Sequence record: Ga0255782_10001211
From: a metagenome
Length of the DNA stretch: 22,668 nt
Reading direction: 5' to 3' (one strand)
The stretch's first letter is position 1, and the number at the start of each line of letters is the position of its first letter. A model generated the notes under the pieces. The model saw nothing but the letters and a program-made list of their open reading frames with translations. It did not search any database and was not told the origin of the DNA. This document shows positions 1 to 6,269 of this stretch, in pieces. The position numbers were made by a program, and so were the translations under genes.

Positions 1-270
1 TACCGCACCGTCGCGAGATTAAAACAAGTATTTGTAACACCAGAGACGGATGTATGATCTCACCTACGCGTTCGTCGTTCGCGTCGTTCATGTCGATCGA
101 TCGTCCCCAGCAGTGCCCTCGATCGCCGTCAGTCGGTCTATCGCGACCGGTCCAAGCCGGGTACTTTCCATCATCTCGAGCGTGCCGGTTGGTGTGCACC
201 AGAATTTGCACTTTACGCGGCTACCGGTGTCTTTTTTCTGGTCGCAATTTTCTTAGTTAACGTATTAGAA

Positions 271-436
271 TTCGGACATCTGAGTCATATTATAAGTACG
301 TATTTCTGCTTGGTAAAAGTGCATGGAAAACAATTCGGACAGTTGAACCGTATTATAAATTATTCCGCCGTAAATCCAGGGGGATACCGGAACTAAACAT
401 TTTCTATAAAAGTCGGACATTTGACACGTACTTAAG
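271..436. repeat. Three degenerate direct repeats of a ~25-nt unit inside an AT-rich island
   Basis: The copies are ttcggacatctgagtcatattataa (271-295), ttcggacagttgaaccgtattataa (334-358) and gtcggacatttgacacgtacttaag (412-436), spaced 63 and 78 nt apart. Region ~260-460 is visibly far more AT-rich than the rest of the window. Confidence 0.6.
372..400 (-). pseudogene. Decayed partial copy of the 3' end (trailer + acceptor/T-arm side) of the adjacent tRNA-Pro gene
   Basis: aaatccagggggataccggaactaaac (372-398) aligns with aaatccagggggatgccgcgaatcgaac (455-482) of the intact gene. Similarity fades after that and no cloverleaf can be built. Confidence 0.4.
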
Positions 437-451
437 AGGAAATAGGCCTAT

Positions 452-457
452 AAAAAA
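452..457 (-). terminator. RNA polymerase III terminator (T6 on the minus strand) 4 nt past the tRNA 3' end
   Basis: Plus-strand aaaaaa at 452-457 reads on the minus strand as ...CATCCCCC TGGA TTTTTT. Confidence 0.6.
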
Positions 458-461
458 TCCA

Positions 462-575
462 GGGGGATGCCGCGAATCGAACGCGGGGCCTCTCCCATGT
501 TCATTCTAGCGCTCTTCAGCGCTGGGTCGTTCGACGAGACCCGAAGGGAGAATCATACCACTAGACCACATCCCC
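462..575 (-). tRNA. tRNA-Pro(CGG): tRNA-Pro (anticodon CGG) with a 42-nt intron at the canonical 37/38 position (intron = 497-538)
   Basis: The minus strand folds by hand as GGGGATG TG GTCT AGTGGTA TGAT T CTCCC TTCGGG[42-nt intron]T GGGAG AGGCC CCGCG TTCGATT CGCGG CATCCCC C. The 7-bp acceptor stem is perfect, as are the 5-bp anticodon and T stems. A-box (TGGTCTAGTGG) and B-box (GTTCGATTC) are present and a T6 terminator follows. The body resembles eukaryotic tRNA-Pro. Confidence 0.9.
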
Positions 576-846
576 GTAGATTGATGGGTTTAAGCGGTGC
601 TTAAACACGCATTTGACGTGTGGGTAGGATCGTAAAATATTTCGACCCACGAGCTAGGTGAGTGATGCGTAAAGATTCACGGGTGTATTTTGAGTGCCCG
701 TTGGGGACTGTAAATGTATTTTACCACATTGGTGTATGAAATGACGATTTATGAACGATGCATGAAATAAAGAGGTTGTTTTTACAAGGCTCTGTCTCTC
801 GAGAGGGACTCTCTGTGGTTTAGGGAATTCGGGAAACGCCCCATCA

Positions 847-3345
847 TCACGCGGCTTCAGCGTGCTCCTCCTTGGCTTTACGCTTGGCGCGCTTTTTAGC
901 GTTCTTTCGCGCGTTTTTACCGACGCCGCCGCCCGGTGTCGTCGTCGTCGTCGTCGTCGTCGAAGACGTCTTCTTCTTACCAAAGGCTGCGTCGGCGTAG
1001 GACGCGGCGCGAGTCTCAATCTCGAGCTCGTCGTCGTCGTCGTCGTCATTTTCATCGACTTTGGATGAGTCACGCAATCTCTTCTTCTTCTTTTTGTCGC
1101 CGCCGCGCGCAGACGAAGACAGGAACTCTCTAGCCATGCGTCGCGCTCTCGCGCGCTGGTTAGCGTCGATGGTCGCGTCGTTCGCGTCGTCTCTATACGG
1201 TGCGAGCTTCTTCAGACCGACGATTTGATTGAGAGACTTGTCATCCATGGTCAAAATATCGCGCGTCGTGAGACCGAACATCTTCGGAGCAACCTCTTTG
1301 TACGCGAACCGCGTGGGGGTATCGCCGATGAAATCTTCGGCGTCCAACTTGTAATACTCATCCATCTTTGCCATGAGCTCCTTGCGCCACTTTTTCGCCG
1401 CTCTCTTGCTATATTTGTTTTCCTCGAGAGGAAATTCTTCTTGCTCTGCGGCTTCTTCTTCTTCTTCTTCTTCTTCGTCGTCGTCGCTCAAGTCCTCTTC
1501 TTTGTCCTCCTCGTCGTCCTCCTCGCCCTCAAAGTCGTCGTCCTCCTCGCCGCCAACATCCCCTCCCTCGAGCAGCGTCGCCAATTCATCCTCCAAATCA
1601 CCAAATTCAGGTTTTTGTAGTGATCCTCCATCGCCCTCCTCGTCTCCGTAGTAGTCGTCACCGTACATCTTTGCCATGACGGCGTCGTGCGCTTCTGGAT
1701 CAAACTCTGTCGTCAAATCGGTGGCGCCGTGGACGACATCGTCTCGCACGCCGCCGACCGCAGAGATTTGACGCATCTTACTCTCAATCTCTTCGCGCTT
1801 GAGATTCTTCAATCGACGAACTTCCGCGAGGAGTTTAGCGCGCTCCGACTCTTTGCGCTCCTTGACCTTTTTCCGCTTATCGCGGCGCTTGGTATCCTCT
1901 CGGCGAACCAATCCCTCGATGTGTCTCGAGTGCGACTGTAAGCGGTCCGACCCGGGCTCTTCAAATCTAAAGTTGTACTTGTGCTCGAATTCCTCGGCGC
2001 GTTCTAAGAGTGAGGATGAAGAAGAGGAGGATGAAGAAGAAGAGGAGGACGACGAAGAGCTCCCGTCGCCGTCGCTGTCGCCGTCGTCGTCCATTTCTCT
2101 GCTTCTGTTTCTCTCCCTCTTTTTCTTCGCCGTACCCTCGTCCGTCTTCATCCACTGTTTTTCCAAGAGATATTCGCGCAAAAACTTATCCTCAGCGCTC
2201 AGTTCCCCTCGTTCGCCTCGCGCGTCGAAATACTTGGACAACTTTTCATTCGCCGCCTTTTGATCGTCCTCGCGAAAAGCCTCCATCTTTTCGGCGCGTC
2301 TCTTCACCACCAACCCACCATCTTCCTCGACTTCGTCGCCCGAGCCTCCATTTTCGCCATCACTATCGTTACCAAACGCCGCCGCCGCGCTCTTGAACGC
2401 CTCCTTGAGCGCGGCTTGCTCCTCTACGTACGACGGACCGTCGCCCGTCTTCATCGATCGCGCTTCGGCTTCGGCTTCGGCGTCCTCCAACGCCGTGGCG
2501 CCTCCTTCCAACAACTGCGTCGCCGTCACCTCGCGAAGCGTCGCCTTTTTACGTTTCGGTTGTTCTGACTTTTTACCCGCATCATCATCATCCGCGTCGT
2601 CTTCGTCCTGAAAGAGTTTCGTTTCGGCGTCGTAAATCGACGGGTCTCGCTCGCGAATCTTCGTCAAAGCCTCTGCAAACGCCCCATCGAACGCGCGTTC
2701 CAAAACCTCCTCCTCATCGCTCTCCGTCGCGCTCGAATCATCATCCTCATCATCTTCACCCTCACCGCCATCACCGCCTTCCGCGCCGGATGCCCCGAGC
2801 GCCGAAACCGCGTACTCGCGCTCGAGCTTCGCTTGCAGTCTGTGCATCTCCTTCCTCCGCTCGTTGTGTTCAAACCTCGCCGCGAACGCCTCGTTGATTC
2901 GAAGTTTATCCTTGCTGTTGTTTTTACCGCTCTTCGTCTTAGATTTCTTGTTTCGTTCCGACGACGACGACGACGACGACGAATCATCATCGCTCGAGCC
3001 GCCGCCGCCTCTGCTGGACGCACCGCGAACATCATCATCGTCGTCTTCTTCGCTCGACGACGACGACGACGACGACGTCCAGGACGACGAATCCGATCCA
3101 TCCTCGTCGTCAAACATCGCCGTCTTCTTCTTCCCACCGCCTCGCGTCATCGATCCGTTCGGTCGACGTCGCGCTCTCGCGCTCTTCCCCAACCGCCGGG
3201 GCCCGGCTCGGCTCGCCCCGGCCCGGCTCGGCTCGATCGATGACGAAGAAACCGATCGGTACTTTTCACCGTTCACCATCGACGGTCGCACCCTGAAAAC
3301 CGCGCGATGGTCCATCGATCGATCGATCGCGGGTGCCGACCACAT
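847..3345 (-). CDS. KRI1: KRI1-like nucleolar small-subunit ribosome biogenesis protein (maximal ORF; true start may be the ATG at 3150 or 3117)
   Basis: Continuous 832-aa ORF beginning with a real ATG at 3343-3345. Kri1 hallmarks are present: LRINEAFAARFEHNERRKEMHRL near the N-terminus, the central YNFRFEEPGSDRLQSHSRHIEGLVRRED...KRKKVKERKE, and the C-terminal FAYKEVAPKMFGLTTRDILTMDDKSLNQIVGLKKLAPYR. Long acidic and poly-Ser tracts are typical of the family. Homologues start just before an LFDxSDS-like motif, which fits MTRGGGKKKTAMFDDEDGSDSS (ATG at 3150). A 20-nt tandem duplication at 3200-3235 lies upstream of that ATG. Confidence 0.88.
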   Translation of the reverse strand: MWSAPAIDRSMDHRAVFRVRPSMVNGEKYRSVSSSSIEPSRAGASRAGPRRLGKSARARRRPNGSMTRGGGKKKTAMFDDEDGSDSSSWTSSSSSSSSEEDDDDDVRGASSRGGGGSSDDDSSSSSSSSERNKKSKTKSGKNNSKDKLRINEAFAARFEHNERRKEMHRLQAKLEREYAVSALGASGAEGGDGGEGEDDEDDDSSATESDEEEVLERAFDGAFAEALTKIRERDPSIYDAETKLFQDEDDADDDDAGKKSEQPKRKKATLREVTATQLLEGGATALEDAEAEAEARSMKTGDGPSYVEEQAALKEAFKSAAAAFGNDSDGENGGSGDEVEEDGGLVVKRRAEKMEAFREDDQKAANEKLSKYFDARGERGELSAEDKFLREYLLEKQWMKTDEGTAKKKRERNRSREMDDDGDSDGDGSSSSSSSSSSSSSSSSSLLERAEEFEHKYNFRFEEPGSDRLQSHSRHIEGLVRREDTKRRDKRKKVKERKESERAKLLAEVRRLKNLKREEIESKMRQISAVGGVRDDVVHGATDLTTEFDPEAHDAVMAKMYGDDYYGDEEGDGGSLQKPEFGDLEDELATLLEGGDVGGEEDDDFEGEEDDEEDKEEDLSDDDEEEEEEEEAAEQEEFPLEENKYSKRAAKKWRKELMAKMDEYYKLDAEDFIGDTPTRFAYKEVAPKMFGLTTRDILTMDDKSLNQIVGLKKLAPYRDDANDATIDANQRARARRMAREFLSSSARGGDKKKKKRLRDSSKVDENDDDDDDELEIETRAASYADAAFGKKKTSSTTTTTTTTPGGGVGKNARKNAKKRAKRKAKEEHAEAA

Positions 3346-3458
3346 TACTATGTGTAAACAGTGTGCATGTTATCCAAATTCGTCTGCCTGGCGCCTTGAC
3401 GGGTCGAACGTTGCGTCTTCGACGACGACGGCGACGACAGAGACGCGCGTCGACGGAC

Positions 3459-3535
3459 GAACGAACGAACGGAAGAAGGGAGGAACGGTGACTCTCGCGC
3501 GAGAACTCGACGCGCGCGCGGGCGGACGGACGGAC
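3459..3535. repeat. (GAAC)3 at 3459-3470 and (GGAC)3 at 3524-3535 in the KRI1 / squalene epoxidase divergent promoter
   Basis: Read directly from the sequence. Confidence 0.75.
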
Positions 3536-3621
3536 GAAGCGGCGTGTCGTTCGTGTGTTCTTCGCGCGTGTTTCTTCCAGAGGAACGTTTTATTGATTTC
3601 GACTCGGTTGATCGTCGCGAC

Positions 3622-5205
3622 ATGGGGAGCTTCCGATCGGCGTTTAGCATGAAGAAGAAGAGGAAGAACGGCGGTGGCGACGATGCCGCTGCTGCCGCTC
3701 ATGGAACCACCGCGTTGGCCACTTCACCAACCACGTCCGGACCGTTCGACGTCGTCGTCGTCGGCGCGGGCGTCGCCGGGGCGAGCCTGGCGTACGCGCT
3801 CGGTAAAGAAGGACGACGGGTTTTGTGCATTGAACGGGATTTGTCGCAACCGGACCGGATTGTTGGCGAGTTGTTGCAACCTGGGGGATACCTGAAGCTG
3901 AAGGATCTCGGGTTGGAGTCGTGCGTGGAGGGCATCGACGCGCAGAAGGTGTACGGGTACACAATGTTTAAAGACGGCGAAGTGGCGACGATGACGTACC
4001 CGCTCGAAGGGCGTTCGGATGACGTGGCGGGGCGAAGTTTTCACAACGGTAGGTTTGTGCAAAAGCTTCGCGAGGCGGCGATGGCCGTCGACAAGGTTGA
4101 GGTGCGCCAAGGGACGGTGAAGAAGCTGCTCAACGCTGAGGGTAACGAGTGGAAGGAGGGCGAAGTCGTCGCGGGGGTGTCGTACACCACGGGGGATAAG
4201 TGGGACGAGAAGAGACAAAAAGTGATCGAGGGATCGAGTGAAACCAAGACGGTGTTCGCGCCGCTCACGGTGGTGTGCGATGGGCACTTTAGTAGTTTGA
4301 GATCAAAGTTGAGCCAAGCGGCTCCGGATCACCCGAGTCACTTCGTTGGCTTGATTCTCAAGGGAAAACCGAGCGATTTGTTGCCAAACGGAAACCACGG
4401 GCACGTGGTTTTGGGAAATCCGTCTCCAATTCTCTTTTACCCCATCTCGAGCGAAGAGGTGCGCTGTTTGGTGGACATTCCGTCCTCGGTCAAGATGCCG
4501 AGTGTCGCCAAGGGTGAAATGGCCAAGTACGTGCTCGAGAAGATTGTGCCGCAAATTCCGGAACAACTCAGGCCGCATCTCATCAAGGCGGTCAACGATG
4601 GACAATTTAGATCGATGCCTAACAAGACGATGGCGGCCAAGCCGTCGAGAACCCCCGGGGCGGTGCTCTTGGGTGACGCCTTTAACATGCGTCACCCGCT
4701 CACCGGCGGCGGTATGACGGTGGCGCTCAACGACATTCACACCTTCAAGTCGATGCTCGACCCGCTTCCGGACTTTTCAGACGGCGAAAGGACGGGCGCC
4801 AAGCTGGATGAGTTTTACCGTCACCGTACGCAACCGGCGCTGACGATTAACACACTCGCCAATGCGCTGTACGCCGTGTTTTGCTCGAGCGGCGACACGA
4901 GCATGGAGGAGATGCGCCAAGCGTGCTTCGAGTACCTCAAGCTCGGTGGATCCTACGCTCGAGGCCCGATCGCGTTGCTTTCCGGCCTCGATTCCAACCC
5001 GCTCAATTTAGTGAACCACTTTTTCAGCGTCGCGCTCTTTGGCATCGGGAGGCTGTTGGTGCCGCTCCCGACGCCCGAGCGCATCTTCAAGGGTGGTAAC
5101 ATTCTCACTGGCGCGTGCAAAATAATCTTCCCAATCGTCAAAGGTGAAGGTTTCGCGCGCATGTTCTTCCCGGCGTGGCTCAAGCGACGTCTCGGGGTCA
5201 TTTAG
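3622..5205 (+). CDS. SQE: Squalene epoxidase / squalene monooxygenase (FAD-dependent)
   Basis: The ORF-track start at 3544 is GTG; the first ATG in frame is 3622 (MGSFRSAFSMKKK; next ATG at 3649). It carries a Rossmann FAD motif DVVVVGAGVAGASLAYALGKEGRRVLCIERD, plus IVGELLQPGG and the family signature GDAFNMRHPLTGGGMTVAL. The hydrophobic C-terminus is typical of ERG1/SQLE. Confidence 0.95.
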   Translation: MGSFRSAFSMKKKRKNGGGDDAAAAAHGTTALATSPTTSGPFDVVVVGAGVAGASLAYALGKEGRRVLCIERDLSQPDRIVGELLQPGGYLKLKDLGLESCVEGIDAQKVYGYTMFKDGEVATMTYPLEGRSDDVAGRSFHNGRFVQKLREAAMAVDKVEVRQGTVKKLLNAEGNEWKEGEVVAGVSYTTGDKWDEKRQKVIEGSSETKTVFAPLTVVCDGHFSSLRSKLSQAAPDHPSHFVGLILKGKPSDLLPNGNHGHVVLGNPSPILFYPISSEEVRCLVDIPSSVKMPSVAKGEMAKYVLEKIVPQIPEQLRPHLIKAVNDGQFRSMPNKTMAAKPSRTPGAVLLGDAFNMRHPLTGGGMTVALNDIHTFKSMLDPLPDFSDGERTGAKLDEFYRHRTQPALTINTLANALYAVFCSSGDTSMEEMRQACFEYLKLGGSYARGPIALLSGLDSNPLNLVNHFFSVALFGIGRLLVPLPTPERIFKGGNILTGACKIIFPIVKGEGFARMFFPAWLKRRLGVI

Positions 5206-5302
5206 TTTGTTTGCGACGATTTATTTTACGGTACCACCACCATTAATACTACAAATCTATGTTTAGCCATTTATGCATTCATTCATTCGCTTGCTTACTC
5301 AC

Positions 5303-5947
5303 TCATTCGTCGTACGGATACTCCTCAGGCACGAGCTCGACAAGTTTGACCCTGATGGCAAACTTATTCCCCATCCCGCGTAACGGATCGCCCTCAAAGC
5401 TACACGTCGTTCGCATGCGCACCGTCTCGAGCGCGCCTCGAATCGCCCCGCACAGCATGTTACAGTATGCCAACTCCCGGTACCGCGTTGGAAGCTCCAC
5501 AAAATCCGCCAACGGATTATTATCCATCTCAATCACGCACTCGTCCCGTTCCTCGCTCCAATCTCTCGTTCTCGCCGTCGCGTTTAGAAACATCTTCAAA
5601 CCAACCTTTGCCGTCATCTCCATCGCCGCCTCGAACGACGCACACGCCCCGCTCGACGCGTTCGTTCGCGCCAGATACTCCTCGATGATTCTCGTTCCAA
5701 TATTTCGCCCGAGTTGGTCCAGTTTCCCGTTCACCGCCTCGACGTCGTCCTCGTGATCCCGCAGGATTTGTCTCACAAAGGCTCCGTGCGTCAACGCAAA
5801 CAGTTCCGAGGATACTTTTTCCATCGAGTTCCACGTCGCCGTCGCCAACACTTCCGCTTTCGTCGTCTTCGAGGAGGTGGTATTCGTCGTCGTCGTCGTC
5901 GTCGAGGTATTCATCGCCGTGGTATTCGTCGTCATCGCGTTGGACAT
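5303..5947 (-). CDS. BET3: TRAPP complex subunit 3 (Bet3)
   Basis: ATG at 5945-5947 and stop at 5303-5305. It aligns along its length with Bet3/TRAPPC3: ELFALTHGAFVRQILRD..., LDQLGRNIGTRIIEEYLAR, NNPLADFVELP, CNMLCGAIRGALETVRM. There is a lineage-specific Thr/Asn-rich N-terminal extension of about 45 aa. Confidence 0.9.
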   Translation of the reverse strand: MSNAMTTNTTAMNTSTTTTTTNTTSSKTTKAEVLATATWNSMEKVSSELFALTHGAFVRQILRDHEDDVEAVNGKLDQLGRNIGTRIIEEYLARTNASSGACASFEAAMEMTAKVGLKMFLNATARTRDWSEERDECVIEMDNNPLADFVELPTRYRELAYCNMLCGAIRGALETVRMRTTCSFEGDPLRGMGNKFAIRVKLVELVPEEYPYDE

Positions 5948-6014
5948 CTTCTTCGCGCGCCGCGGACTCTGCCGCGTCGAACTTTCGAAATCACAGCCGA
6001 TTCAAAAGCAGTCA

Positions 6015-6023
6015 AAACCCTAA
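6015..6023 (+). promoter_or_regulatory. Telobox-like motif AAACCCTAA in the BET3 / LETM1-like bidirectional promoter
   Basis: Exact AAACCCTAA at 6015-6023, inside the AT-rich spacer 5948-6269. Confidence 0.4.
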
Positions 6024-6144
6024 CACTAAAAGTAAACATATACAAACCACTAGATACGGTAGATAAGTAAGTTACTCGAAACATATAAGCCCAAACCACC
6101 AGAGGTCACGTATAGAACATACTTTTAAATCTATCACATGTAAA

Positions 6145-6152
6145 TAGGGTTT
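6145..6152 (-). promoter_or_regulatory. Telobox-like motif (TAGGGTTT = reverse complement of AAACCCTA), inverted partner of the 6015 site
   Basis: Exact TAGGGTTT at 6145-6152, about 120 nt from the first copy in the same divergent promoter. Confidence 0.4.
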
Positions 6153-6269
6153 AGAAATCCCACAAAAGATAAAAGGGGTAAATAATCAATCGCAAACCGC
6201 GTTTACTTTTTCGCGACGTCGACGACGACGCGCACCGCAATCGCGCGCGCGTAGGACGGGCTGACGGAC

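Noticed and set aside
64-91. Possible first coding exon on the minus strand (ATGAACGACGCGAACGACGAACGCGTAG|GTGAGA) of a gene whose body would lie left of the window.
   Set aside because: There are only 28 nt of putative coding sequence and the rest is outside the window. There is no homology to test and the donor is weaker than the three supported ones. It cannot be supported from this window.
620-650. Small hairpin GTGGGT-N19-ACCCAC between the tRNA and the KRI1 3' end.
   Set aside because: The stem is short, the loop is large and AT-rich, and there is no supporting context. It is expected by chance.
2864-3652. 262-aa plus-strand ORF overlapping the KRI1 5' region and the promoter. Similar long antisense or overlapping ORFs occur at 3724-4287, 6203-6658, 12570-13091, 13726-14271, 14857-15300, 17718-18179 and 19144-19950.
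   Set aside because: All lie antisense to, or out of frame with, genes that have strong family-level homology. Their products are Arg/Ser/Pro-rich low-complexity sequences typical of GC-rich DNA with few stop codons and of triplet repeats. None shows a recognisable domain.
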